Assembly (NCBI GenBank): GCA_002104905.1
Contig: MCFE01000103.1
Location: 62,001 to 126,000 of the forward strand
Length of the DNA stretch: 64,000 bases
Reading direction: 5' to 3'
Origin: Basidiobolus meristosporus CBS 931.73
Lineage: Eukaryota; Fungi; Basidiobolomycota
The stretch's first letter is position 1; every line of letters starts with the position of its first letter. Shown here one piece after another: positions 24,745-38,212 of the stretch. The position numbers and the translations under genes are program-made. The notes beneath the pieces are model-generated. The model ran no database searches and was not told the DNA's origin. It saw only the letters and a program-made list of their open reading frames with translations.

Positions 24745-27700
24745 ATTCTTGAAATTGTTGCTTTGTCAGACAGTAGGGTCTCTACTTAGTCTACAATGGA
24801 GAGCATTGAGGCTGTGGTAGACACACTCTCTTTCTCTGCAAATTCTTCTACCTCACTGGAGTGTTGTGCAACTGGCTTCACTTTGTGCTCTTAACAAATC
24901 AGCAATTGTTTTCCTGGTAATTCTTCTTGGGTATTATGGGATTTTGCCTGTTCTAGGCTTATAGTGCTGATTGATCAGACCTGCAGTTCTTTCTCATGCT
25001 TCCCTGTGTCTGGCTTATGTAGACATATTCATTAACATTTGACTTTCTTTGGCCTACTTGCTCCTTACCTGTACTCTTGTAGAAATCTGACATTTACTTA
25101 CCACTTGTTTTGTGCTTTCAGCCCTGGTTTTGATGGGTTCCTGAGGAAGCCATAGGTTTTTATTGCTGCCAGGCTCTTTGCATCTACTTTGACTGAGTGC
25201 GGCTTAAGTGGAATTTTGCTTTTCCTCCACAGGTTCTGCACTGGTACATCTGCCACTGCATGCTTGCCATTTTCTGGTACTCTTCCAGCTACCTGGAATT
25301 TCTTGGCTGCTTGTTTTGAACTTTGGGCCTCACTTGTAACAGGCTTAGATGGGGCTACTGGCTTGTAGCCATGACACCATTTTTTTGCCTTTGATAGCTG
25401 CTGCTATTCTTGAGATACTGAGATAGTATACCACTACCAGCCCAACATCTCCTTGCTGGCTTGAATCCAGCATAATGCTTATGAAATCAATCAAGTACCT
25501 TTTGCTTGGCCTTAAATTCTTGATGGTCTCATGCTATGTCAGCCTCAAGGTGATGACATGCTACACTACTTATTACCTATTGAATGCTAGCCTACCTTTC
25601 ATCATTGTACTCAATGGCATCAGATATCTTCAATATCTTTTGATCTTAGGGATTGGTATAAACACTACATTTTCTCACTCCTATTGTGTAATAGGCTTTG
25701 CTGTGGACTTTATCTTTGGGCACTATTGTTGTGCTTCAAAGACTGTACAGTGTTCCTTTGCTGTAACATCAGGAAATGGCTCACTTTTTAGCTGTGACAC
25801 TGAGCCACTTAAGCTCCTTTTTGGCAGCAAAGATACTGCTTTTGCTACCTGGAATATTGATTACTCTACACCTTGCCTGCATGATTATTAACATATTGTA
25901 ACAAGCCTCTCAGCCATGAAGTATGCAGAAAGCGTAGCAAGCATCTTGAAGATCCAGCTAATGATTTGCCACATAAGTCATATTTGAGCATTCATCACTC
26001 TCTGCTGTATTGAAAGTTGTTTTCTGGCTACTTGACACTGTCATAACAACACTTAGCTGCCCTTATCACCTTGTGCAAACTGAGTCAGATGAGTTTGTGA
26101 TTCCCTTTGGCCAATCTTGCCTTCTGAATATGGCCTGCAGAGTGATAGCTATGAAGAAGAAGGCCCACTGATAGATTTTAACCTACCTTCCCTCAAAGCA
26201 CTATCCTGCCCAAGCCTAGCACAATCTAAATACTCACTGAGACTACAACCATGGAAAAAAATACAAAGGATATTGTTTGGAGCTATGTGAGTCCAGTAGT
26301 CCATATATTAGTCAATGATGGGTTATTGTGGCCACAGAAGAGTCATGTTTTCATCAACATTACTATTGGGAGCTTTGATGATTCAGTGCTACTTCTTGCC
26401 AAAATCATTCCAGCATGCCACCTACTGTGTACATGTTATAAATGGTCAACTGTCTTGCCAGTAGCAACATATAACCCAGAGACCATGCCAATATTGGCAT
26501 GTGTCAACAGTTTCATGTCATTCACATCAGAAAATACCACAAATCCAAGGGGTCCAAATTGTAAGGGATCCACCATCATAAGTGGAAAGCATTGTTCATA
26601 CTCCAGATATATTCCAGTAACACCCCATCTAAAGACACCCATGCAGTTCAATGAATGTTGTAAAGCTATAAAGTACCTCTTGCAGTTACAGTTCTACTTT
26701 ATTTAATTGCAAACTTTGCAAATATCTAAGAAGCAAAGGCTACTTCAAGGTATGTATGCCCATACCTTTGCCATTGCACTTGATGAATTCTCTTTAGATG
26801 AGCACTCTACCAGAATATTCTGCTGGCCCCTAATTTTCATCAACCTGAATCTGCCACCAATCTTACAGTATAATGGCAGAAATCCAATGGTAGTTTCTCT
26901 GTAATCTGGACCTACATTACAATCCATCCTTGATAGCTACCTATATTCATTGCTGGATGCATTTTGTATATTTCCAGATGTACACTGGTAAATTACTGTC
27001 AGGTCAAAGAGCATATTATTATCTGTATTGTAGATGCTGTTGCAATCAGAGGGTATTTCCAGGCACAATAGATGGTTGTACTGTGAAAAGTTGAAGATCC
27101 AGAGGATATACTCCATTATTTACATACATATTTACTATCAAACACCAACACTAAGGACATTACTGCCTTATAGAGAGAATAGACAAAAGATTGTATGCAA
27201 TTGCAGCAAAGTTTACATGCTATTTGCCAGAATATAGACTTAATCAAAAACTCAAAGTAATCAAGATAACGGGAATCTGTAGGAGCAAAAGCTTTTTGCT
27301 GAGAGTAATGCATTGGCTCTTCAGCAGTCACCATACAGAAATGATCAAGTTGTACATGAGACATGTCAAGTCAAATGAGCTCTCTAAGATACTGGAGGCT
27401 GCCTGCAATTTCAGCAAAGTTTACAAGCTATTGGCTATTATATAAACTATATCAAAAATCATGATATTTAAAATAGAGGGTATTTTTCAGTGCAAGGGCC
27501 TTTCACTAGGAGTTATATACTTGCTTTTGAACAACATTACTATACTGATGACCAAGTTGTACATGAGCATTTGAAACTGAACAAGCCCCTCAAGATAACG
27601 TAGGAAAATGCAAGAATTAGCTAGATATTAAAGTGTATTCACTACTCATGGTACTCTTCATTAGCACCAATCAATATTCATATGCAAATGAAGCAATTAA

Positions 27701-27940
27701 ATGCAAGGGCTGGATGAACTAGATATCTACTTCTTCAGGTGGTCTTCCAAAGCCATTTCTACCAAGAATACATTGGAAGCATTGGCAGTCACTTATTGAC
27801 ATTGAACATATACTCATCTAGAAGTGAATCACCAATGACAACTTGGAGCATCTATAGAATCTATGCAAAGGGCTGGTGAGAGAACTTGAGTGGCTATTCT
27901 AGATGCATTAAGCTGAACATGTAGATCTCTGCTGCCACTG
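24745..27940. mobile_element. Family X copy B: ORF1 (-, about 24745-25900) and transposase (+, about 25900-27940)
   Basis: ORFs 26251..26706 and 26707..26904 (ALDEFS...CWPLIFINLNLPP) are CMC/EnSpm Tnp2-like. Confidence 0.75.
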
Positions 27941-27944
27941 CATT

Positions 27945-30110
27945 TAACCACTACTCTACTTTAATTGGTGTGTGGAGAGTATTGGACCTTTCTTGACCTT
28001 TTTGAAGTTTTTTATGGTGTGGATGTATATAGTAATGGTGAGACAAGTCAGGTTGCTGGTACAGAAATATCCCAATCTCATCAAGAATATTATCTTCAAG
28101 TCTGCTATGGATGTGATGTGATTGATGTAAAAGTCTTGGAGAAATTGAAACTGACTGGGAGGACAAGTAGAATATGTAGTGTTGACAGAATAACAAATTA
28201 AATGTATGGGTATTGTTTATACTCATAGATAGTCTTGGCATAACAGACAAGTAGAATAGTTTTAGAGAAGCCCTAAGAGCATATGTACAAAGTTTGGGGC
28301 TGTTTGGACAGCTTATATGGTTTCATGTTCTGGGTACCTGATCCTTGTGAGAAACAATTTAGTCTCACAGTTAGATCTGATCCAGATCAGCCATCAGGAT
28401 CTTACTATTTGACTGTCATAAGGCCAGCAGCTTGGAATTGCTGACCCTCTATATAATCATATAATGGGATTACAAGAGTGTTTTGCTGACTTTACTGCTT
28501 AATAGAGTAAAAAGCTTCACAGTGTTGTAGCAGTCTTTTGACAAGAAACGCATGGCATTCCAACAGTCTTAATGCACTCTTGATTATTTATTTGAGCAGA
28601 CCTAGCTGGCCAATGCATCCAATTGCCTTATATTGCAAGTAACATGAAGGTGTTCTGATAGCCTCATTGCAAACCTCTTCTAGCATTATAAAGCAGTATG
28701 CTAACCTGCAGAAGGTTTTGTATAGTGATCTGTACCAACTTACCAAATAGTACTTTCTTCTTCTACCTCCCCTTGGACCATTCATATATTTCTCTGCAGA
28801 ATCACTCCCTTTTTAGCTTACCCTCTACTACCTTGGGTATTCCACAAATAACTGGAATCAAAAAATACTGTGGACTCCTGCTTACTAACCTCAAAATATG
28901 TGCACACCTCCAACACTTGACACACTTATATCACCTGAGCTTTATGGCTTTTTAGTGTTGTACTTGTTGAGCTACCATATACTGTACATTGCTGATAACA
29001 TATGCATCTTGCACGTATAGGATTGATTGCTGCCACTTCTGCCGCAAATACCTCCTGAATATCCTCACAATACATTTTGGTACTTATCCAATATATTCCT
29101 GCACCTTGTTGAATTCTAGTTCCCCTTCTAGGTGTGCTCTTGATCTTGTATGTGTGATCTCTATATTCATTAGTGTAGAAACTGGCTTGTGACCCGGAGA
29201 AACCTGGCATGCATTGGTAGAGTTGTCCCAATAGAAACTAGTTGATTGTTTTACCCAATCCTGTGTTGCATTGCTTAGCTGATTACCCATGCATTGGGGC
29301 TGCTTAACTTCTTAATGCCAAAGTCATAAATGTTCCCATGTGCACATCTGCCCTCAGAATTTTCCATCTCATCCTGGTAGTCCAAATGGGCCAACTCATC
29401 ATATCCATGCTGGACTTGAAGGTAATATTCTTGATGAGATTGTGACACAGTAGTCCCTGCAATTTGGCTTGTCATCCTATCTCCCAACATATTTCCTCCA
29501 TAGGAAACTCCCAAAATGTGAAGCAAGGACCAATGTTTTCTACACACTAAGCAGGATGCAGTAGAAACAGATACAGTGGTAAAAGATATCTAAGCCTTCA
29601 GCTTCATGCTTGTAGTATAGCTGCTCAAGTCAGATATCCTGTATCCTAAGTATCTCTGGCTTCTAATTCATTTCATAGTCCAGCTGATGGCTTAGAGCTT
29701 GCTAACTATGCTGCAATTGCATGCTGACTGCTGTACATTCCCTCTATGGGAGGATGTTACTTTTAGGGTTTGTGTATAGATGATGATAATATGTGTGAGT
29801 TCTGGAGTAAGTCACATGGAGCTCACACATTCAACAATAATACCATCCATTGTGTCCAGGAAAGCTGGTTATCTTGCAGATGGCTGGTGTATCTCCAATG
29901 CAAATTATAGTATGCGCTTTGACATGATAGCCATTTACTGTTTTCCCACTGGTAAGCATACAAAATTCATGTTGGATTACAATTTTGGCCCAGATACCAG
30001 TGTGACAACCATCTGATTTGTGCTCTGATTCTGTAAGATAGATGGCAGATTCAGGTTGATGAGAAGCAGTGGCCAGCAGCATTTGCTGGTAGAATACTTA
30101 CCTACCCTAC
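27945..30110 (-). pseudogene. Family X transposase (core to C-terminus), minus-strand copy
   Basis: ORF 29831..30082 (IICIGDTPAICKITSFPGHNG) and downstream frames are homologous to 33088-34800. Confidence 0.75.
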
Positions 30111-33100
30111 ACCTTTATGCCACTGTTCAGTCACTGGTTCCTATACATCCTGGTCTTTAGCTGCTGCTTCAAGGTTTAGCACCTCATCTGCCAGTCTTTG
30201 CAACAAATTCTTGAAGTAATCAAGTGTGTTTTCTTGAGTACTGCTCTTGAAGAAGTGCTGCAACCTCTAGATGTGCCTATCAATGTTTCAAAATTCTGCT
30301 AAAGGTGTTGTGATAACATTTTGAGTCCTTGACATAGCAACTTTGTCTGTCAGTGGGATCTCCACTCTGTCAACTTTAAAGGACATGTAGGCTGTGGTAG
30401 ACAAACTTCCTTTCTCTGCAAACCCATCTACCTCACCAAGTATAACTCACCTGGCTGCACTTCCAACTCTGGTTGAAACAGCTATCTTCTTGTTGATAAT
30501 CATGTTGGCTATGCTGGGATTCAGTCTGTTCCAGGCTTATTACATGAATTGGCAAGAACTGCAGTGTAACTCTTACATATCCCTGTCACAGGCTTGGGTA
30601 GACTTTTTCCCCTTTACCTTTTCCTTTATCACTGGCATGTCTTCCACTGCTACTTTCTTGGAGTGCTTCTTGTATTGGACTATGTTTTCTCCTTGATAAA
30701 TGCTGCTTTGATGCATCTGTTTGGGCCTGCTTGTCCCCTACTGGCACTCTGCAGGCAACCGGACACTTCTTTTGCACTTGTTTTGAGCTCTCAGCCCGTG
30801 CTGTGATGGGCTCCTGAGGTAGCTGCTGGTTTTAAGAGTGCCAGGTCCTTCACTGCTACTGTGACTGAGTGCATCTTGAGTAGGAGTATGCTTTTTTCTG
30901 GGTAAATTTTGTGTTGGTGCATCTGTGTCTGCCTGTTTTCCCCTTATTGACACTTTTCTAGCTACCTGATGCCTCTTCAATGCTTGTTTGGAGCATTTAA
31001 CCCTGCTTGTAATGGGCTCTTAAGGAAGCTGCTGGTTTTTAGCCATTGCATCCTTGTACTTCTGTCTTTGATAGTTTTGGCTATTCTTGAGGTACTTTCT
31101 TAGCATACCAATGCTGGTCCAACATCTATTTGCTACTTTAAATCCAGGATAATGCTCATGGAGCCCATCAAGCCCATTCTGCTTGGCCTTAAGTACCTGA
31201 TTGTCCCAAGGTGTGCTGGCCTTGAGGTGTTGGCATGCCAGATTTCTAATGGCTACTTGAATATTAGCTCACTCTTCATCATTGCACTTAACACCTTCAC
31301 AGATCTTTAGTGTCATTTGACTACTAGGCTTTGGTATAAACACTATAATCTCACCCTCCCCTACTGTGATAGGTTTCTGTGGTCTTTATCTTTGGGCACT
31401 GTGTTGTGCTTCAAAGACTGCACAGTGTTCCTTAGCTGTTACATCAGGAAATGGCTCAATTATTGGTTGTGACATTGAGTTACTTGAGCTCCTTCATTGC
31501 AGCAAAGATACCACTTTCTCTACCTGGGATATTGATTGCTCTACATCTTTTATTTACTCATCCTGGTTTAAGCTATTCCCTGATTGCTCTGGTCCATTGC
31601 ATCTATCCTATCAGCTACCGCACCTAATTGGCTTATTAATGCTTTGGTATCAGCTGACAACATACTTGCTAATACAGGTGATGGTGCTGCTGTGACAGCC
31701 ACTTGCTGGTCTTTAATGGAAGGTACTGCTTTTGCTACATTTGCATCTGCCTCAGCAATATGGTCAGCTTATGGCTCTGCAGGGATTCCCAATTGCCTAC
31801 TTGACTGAGAGCCTGAGGAGTCAGCATCATTTCCTTCAGTGGGCACATTGTCTACAGCACCTTTATTGGTTGTAGCCCCTCTTGTTGCGTTGAATGTCAA
31901 AGAGGGCTGTTGTACAACTATTCTTCTACTGCTGTCAGTGGTGGGTCTGGTTGGTAACCAGACAACTTTGCTTTATTTTTTGATTGCATATACATGGAAG
32001 TGAGTCAAACCAAAGGGGAAATGGTGTTACATAAATGCATGTATGTGGTGCCACAGTTTTATTTATAGTGCTTACTATTGCAAGTCATCATTGAACCTTA
32101 CATTTTTTTAGGTGCAATGTCTCAAATACCAGACTGTCTTAAATTCAAATGAGTTTGGCAAAAAGTGATATAATAGTGTTATGTTGCTGTGTGTTAAGCT
32201 GTTTGCCCCATAGACCAGACTACCATGATTCAATGCCATAAGAAAAGATAAAAAAACATGTGGCTATTGTAGCAAGCCTCTTATCCTTGAAGCACACAAA
32301 CTGCATAAGAAGTATTACAAGGATCACAGCCAGTGTTTTGCCACACAGGTCATATTTTACTTCTCTCCAGTCACTACTGTGCCAACAAAATCTTGTTAGC
32401 CAATTGATACTTCTATAACAGCATCTGGCCATACTTGTCACCTTACACAAGCTGAGTTAGAAGAGCTTGTGACATCTTTAGGCACACCCCAGCCTTCTGA
32501 TTATAACATGCAGAGTGATAGCTCTGAAGAAGCAGGCTCCCTGATGGATTGCAAGCCTATCTTTGCTAACAACAGTACACTGCATTAGCCTGGCAAAGTC
32601 CCAATAAGGAATGAGAAAACATCTATGGGAAAAAATGCCAAGGTATACTTGATGGAATCAAGTGAGCTCAGTGAGCCCCTACTGGTCAATGATGTGAAGT
32701 TGTGACTAGAGAAGTGGTGCATTACCACTAATATTAGTAATGATGGCTTTAAGGATTCACTACTTCTTCTTGCAAAATCATCCTGGGATCCGACTTATCA
32801 TGTAAATGGTATAAATGGAAAACCATCATGCAGCTGGAAACATACAACCCAGAGACCATCCTGATAGTAGCATGTGTTAACAGTTATATGGCATTTGCAT
32901 CACAAAAGGCTTCCATTGTAAGGTGTCCAACTTACTAGGTATCCACCACCATTGGGGGAAAGCATTGTTCACACTTGGGATAAATTCCTGTAATATTCCT
33001 TTAAAGTAGCTCATGTAGTCTGACAAATATTGTGAAGCTATACAGTCCCACACTCAGTATCAATCATGTACAGATATATCAGATATATTGGATGGCAAAC

Positions 33101-34808
33101 ATTACAGGCAGCTAAGAAGTAAGGACTACTGTGAAGGTATGTATGACAATGCCTATGCCTTGGCAGTTGATGGTTTCTCATTAAGCAAGTACTCTGCCAG
33201 CAAATCCTGCTGGCCACTGCTTCTTATCAACCTGAATCTATCACCTATCTTAAAGAATCAGATCCAAAATCTGATGGTAGTCTCACTGGTATCTGGGCCT
33301 AAGTCACTGTCCAACCGGGATAGCTACCTGTATCCATTGCTGGATGATTTTTGTATGCTCAACAACAGGATAACAGTAAATGGCCATCTTGTCAAATTGT
33401 ATATTATTATCTGCATTGGAGATACCACAGCCATCAGCAAAGTAGCCAGCTTTTCTGGGCACAATGGACAGTATTGATGTCAAATATGTGAGAACCAGGG
33501 GATTTTCTCCATAACTCACACATATAGTGCTTACCCAAACACCAGCACTAAGAACATCATATTCCTGCAGAGTGAAAATGCCAAAGTCAGCATGCAGGTG
33601 TAGCAAAGTTGGCAAGCTTTAAGCCATCTGCCAGAATATGGAATCAATTGGAAACTGGAGATACTTAAGATAGAGGGTATCTGTTGGAGCAAAAGCTTTC
33701 CGGTGGGAGCAATGCATTTGCTTTTCAACAATATCCCTATACTGATGACCAAGTTGTACATTGCGCATTATGGGCTAAATAAGCACTTTGAGATGCCATA
33801 GAAATTTGAAAGATTTGGCAAGATATAACAGTGTATCTTCTACCCTAAGTACTTCTCATGGGCTCTAATCAATATTCAAATGCATATGCAACAATACATA
33901 TGCAGAGTCTGGATGAGCTGGATATGTTTTTATTAAAGTGGTCCTCTGAGGTCATTCCTACCAAGAGTAAGTTGGAAGCATTTGGAGTCATATATAGACA
34001 CTGTAGGAATATTTATCCAAAAGTGGATTGCCAATGCCAACTTGACACATCTACAGCTGCTGTGCAAGGAGTGTGTATGGGACCTAAGCATCTATACTAC
34101 AAATATAAAGCTGAACACAAAGATCTCTGCCACTACTGTATCCATTATGTACTCCATCTTGCTTGGTATGTAGAAAATATTGGGCCTTGCTTCACCTTTG
34201 GCAAGTTTCTTATAGAGCAGATCTGTGGGGAGATAGGAAGATAAGTCAGGATGCAGGTACTACCATATCCCAATCTCATCAAGAATATTACCTTCAAGTC
34301 TGCAATGGATGCAATCAGTTGGTACATGGCAGACAGCCACAAAGAGTTGGAAAATACTGATTACAGATGTTCACAAGGAGACACCTATGCTTATGGCATT
34401 AAGAGGATAAGCAGCCCCAATGAATTGGTAATCATTTAGGTAATGAAAAGCTGGGTTGGGTAAAGCAAGTAACCAATTTTTATTAGGAAAGCTCTACCAA
34501 AGTATGTTGGGTTTCTCTTGGTCACAAGCCAACCTCTACACTATTGAATGGGGAATCTGCTTTGAAGATTAGTAACTTCACCTCAATATTCCGCTAACTT
34601 AGTCACTTAGATCATTACCTTAGAATCCCAGAGAATACTAATCAAACTCCTTGTAGGTAGTTACTTAAAATATTTTCACTAAAATACCAAGTATCCAGAG
34701 CATGAAAATTCTCAAAGTTGTCCAAACAGCCCCTAACTTTGCACACATGTTGTAGGGACCTTCTTTAACCTATTCTATGTGTTTGTTGTGCCAAGGCCCT
34801 GTAAGAGT
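30110..34808. mobile_element. Family X copy D, the most complete: ORF1 (-, about 30110-31960) and CMC/EnSpm-like transposase pseudogene (+, about 32224-34808)
   Basis: ORF 33088..33477 (DGFS...CWPLLLINLNL.P...N...LVSGPK...YLYPLLDDF...GDTTAISKVASFSGHNG) carries the Transposase_21/Tnp2 motif pattern. The N-terminus has CGYC...H...H. Confidence 0.8.
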
Positions 34809-34993
34809 ATAGACTTGTTCTGTTGGATTGTGCCACATAGTGCCAGCCTGTTTATGGTGCCGGATCAATATGGCACTCTACAGCACTATCTGGCACTATA
34901 ATTTCTACCATGATGTCAGTGGTATAATACAGTTACTGGTAATTTTACTCAATCTTACTTATGTTGCTCAGAATAGTGCTTTCCTTGCTTTAT

Positions 34994-36611
34994 TTACTCT
35001 TCATAATGCTCCAGACACATTTCTCTCAGTGGATGTCTTCTTGTAAGAACATACTGAGCATTAATAAGTATCTTAACTATTTTACCTATTATACTTGTTC
35101 CGTTGGATAGTGCCACATTGAGCCATGAGGGCAAAATGATGCCATAGTGTGCCTGGGAGGCCAAGCGAGCCAAAACTTGGCCACAGAGTGTGAAACATAG
35201 CGCTTCATCTTCATGCAAAGCAGCCCCTGTATTTCACCCATTGTGTTGGAGAAAATCCATTTTTTGACCTTTTTTTTGGATCAATGTTGTGCATGATGTG
35301 TAAGAGGACAGAAGGACTGAAGACATGCATCTGGTACTCAGTACCCATGGCACTCTGAATCTAGCTCCTGTAGCGTATATCATGTCACAAAAATGAATGG
35401 CACTATCTTGGTCCACTGGCACTATCTGGCACTATATTTAAATATTAGCCCTAAAGTAAGACCTATACAAAGCACTTATAGTGCCAGATAGTACCAGTGG
35501 ACCAAGATAGTGCCATTCATTTTTGTGACATGACATATGCTACAGGAGCTAGATTCAGAGTGCCATGGGTATTGAGTACCAGATGCATGTCTTCAGTTCT
35601 TCTGTCCTCTTACACATCATGCACAACATTGATCCTATAAAAAGGGTCAAAAAATGGATTTTCTCCAACACAATGGGTGAAACAGGGGCTGCTTTGCATG
35701 AAGATGCAGAGCTATGTTTCACACTCTGGGTCCAAGTTTAGGTCTACTATGCCTCTCTGGCACGCAATGGCACTATTTGGCACTCATGGCTCAATGTGGC
35801 ACTATCCAACAGAACAAGTCTATTTTGTTGTTTTCTCCTATATATGACTTTCCTCTGTATTTACCTGCCAATATGCTGAATCTCTTCAGATATCCAAATG
35901 TGTGCTCTACCCTTACTCTGAAATGATTAAATAACTCATTGTAGAGCTTCTGCTTCCTGCTAAGCACACCATTTCTTGGCTTCCTATAAGCTGTAATACA
36001 TCCTAATCTCTGACAATCCTCTCCTATATAGGCCAAGTCTGCCATACATTTCTCCCCTCTACTGAATTCAGGAGGATTCTCTACCCAGAGTGCTTTGTCA
36101 TGCCTACTTCCAGCAAATGGCCCACTAAACCAGATGATGTTACCCTCAATGTCAGACAGTGCTTGAAACTTCACACAGTGTGCCTTGTACTTGCCAGAGT
36201 AAAAGTGCCTCTGCCCTCTAGAAGGTCTGTTAATCCTCACTGGGAAGGCATCCAAAATACTCCTGACATGGACCTGTTGCTGAACACTCTGGGATATGGA
36301 AGTCTATTGGAGCTTCTGAACCTAGTATTTCAAGCTTGCTCTAAGTCATTCATACCCTCTGCAAGGTGGTTCTCCATTGCTGTCAGCTGGGAATGAAAGC
36401 TTATAGGACTTTTGTTGCCATGGATGGTGGGATGAAACCTTGCAGGGCAATAGTTCATGTAATAGCAGACAAGCTTATCAAGGGATCTCCTTGAGTAGAT
36501 TGGGGTTGATGGTCCACAGTACTTGGAATAGATCTCCTCTAGTGTGTCAAAAGGAAATCCAGTGGTAGTGATGGGATTGATGAGAAAAGACCATTCAGTT
36601 GAGTAAGTCAT
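34994..36611 (-). pseudogene. DDE_Tnp_4 (ISL2EU/IS5/Harbinger-like) transposase, split by a stop, a frameshift and a MITE
   Basis: D..P..I.RP....Q..FYSGKYK.HC.KFQ...G...GS.HD...ADLAY.G...KP...L...YN...RVRVEH.FG.LKRF.IL is the typical motif series. TGA at 36330-36332 and a frameshift near 36256. The C-terminus IIGKIVKILINAQYVLTRRHPLR lies beyond the MITE. Confidence 0.88.
35093..35821. mobile_element. Foldback MITE (approximately 345-bp inverted arms, 40-bp spacer)
   Basis: 35093-35436 is the reverse complement of 35477-35821. Termini (AG)ACTTGTTC/GAACAAGTCT, flanked by AT at 35091-35092 and 35822-35823, with repeated GGCACTAT/ATAGTGCC motifs. Confidence 0.9.
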
Positions 36612-36929
36612 ATTAAAATTGGTGGATGATTATATGGAGGTGGTTTGAATTGATTTGGCACAATCTGCGTATTTCATCACATTTTTAATACATTATGGTT
36701 AAATCTCCATCAAAAGCCATGTATCCCATCATTATGTGGCAAAAATCATCCGCAAACAATGCCTTGGTACTTTTATTGATGCTTTAATCATAGGTCTATA
36801 ATCAAATAGGAAATCTGCGATTGATGTGATCTGATCTGTGTCAACTCAATCCAAGATGCATCATGCATAATATATGGAAAATTCAACAATCACATTAGTT
36901 TTCATATATATATTTCATATAAGACCAGG

Positions 36930-38212
36930 TTGATGCCAATATACTGCTGTATAAGTATCCAAATATGTTGCTATGGTCCCCATACCAAGCCTCAACTCAT
37001 CTTTAAAACAACCCAGACAAAACCCATCCCCAGCTCACAAGCACGGTCCAGACCAGGAAAGTCAATGTTGGATCCATTTGAGTTCTTGCCAAATGATTTT
37101 AGTATGGCCCAAGTATCTATGATGAGCCTTCATACAGATATTTGGGCACTACTGATTAATCTAGCAGAACTAGATACCTCAGAAAGTCAACAAAGATGGA
37201 AGAATTTGAGTAGAAAGCTGTGGCATGAGTGCTACATCAAGATGCCAGCGAATGTATGTAAAAAGATATATAACAAGACAAGTATTGAAATCAAGAATGA
37301 GCTGAGAGTGAGGGGATTTGACAAAGAAGCTGCGCGGGAGCAATTTTGCACGCAATTTGCATAGTACAGGCCGGACACGTCTGTTCATGCCTCAACTTTG
37401 GGAACTAAAGAGATTTTGAATGAGTTTTTGCCTCAAATGACTAATGTACTACATGATGTATTAGTAGAGCTAAGTGGCTTCCGAGAGCAATATACACAGG
37501 ACTCATCCAGGCAACAGCTCCAAAGTATCAGACAGAGGGTAAGTGAATACCGTGAGGAATCAGATGGGAGCTTCAGGAGGAAGAATACAGACCGCAAGCA
37601 ACATCATCCAGATTGCGCCAGCACACCTTGCTGGATTCCCCACCATCTCTTGCAACCACAGCGTGCTGGCGCACGTCAGTCCAGAGTACGCCAACACCCT
37701 TTACCAGAACGCCCCGCATCAAGTCAACATGCGTCGGGTCAACGTGCACGCTTCAGAGCAAAACTACAAGAACTCGCCAAACTGCTCATTCAGACACGAG
37801 TCCATTGGAGTGGACTGAGTTGCGTCAACTTGAAGCATCACATCAAACTCAGCCAAGGGCCATCTCAACGCGTCAAGGCGCGCCTGCTTGTGCTGTTTTG
37901 CCTGACCATCAGCAAGTTACTTCTGGTGAACTGACTGATGATGACCAACATGAAGTGCCTCAACCACCGGAGCCCTTGTCAAGTAAAAGAACGCGTCAGC
38001 GCATGGCACTACAGGCCGGTTCAGTTGGTTCAGTTGGAGCGATTCAGCGCGGCCAAGCTGTAGCATTGCACTCATCAACTAGGAGGCAAAATACTGACTA
38101 CAAATACATAAGTAGCCAAGATGATTGTCAGCCAGGAAGTAGTATAGGTGTGCAAAGTGAGTCACTACCAAATGCTTCAGTAGTAATCACTGTGAGAAAA
38201 AAACCCAGGTGA
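36930..38212 (+). pseudogene. ORF2 of the ISL2EU-like element, unknown protein with two SAP-like motifs (tentative)
   Basis: ORFs 36930..37364 and 37398..37934 are in the same frame, separated by one TAG at 37362-37364. A possible donor GTAAGT lies at 37539, and overlapping ORF 37613..38212 may supply the C-terminus. Confidence 0.5.

Noticed and set aside
36330-37364. In-frame TGA/TAG as an alternative genetic code or programmed readthrough
   Set aside because: Intact genes in the window use standard stops, and these stops fit C>T/G>A decay seen throughout the TE block.
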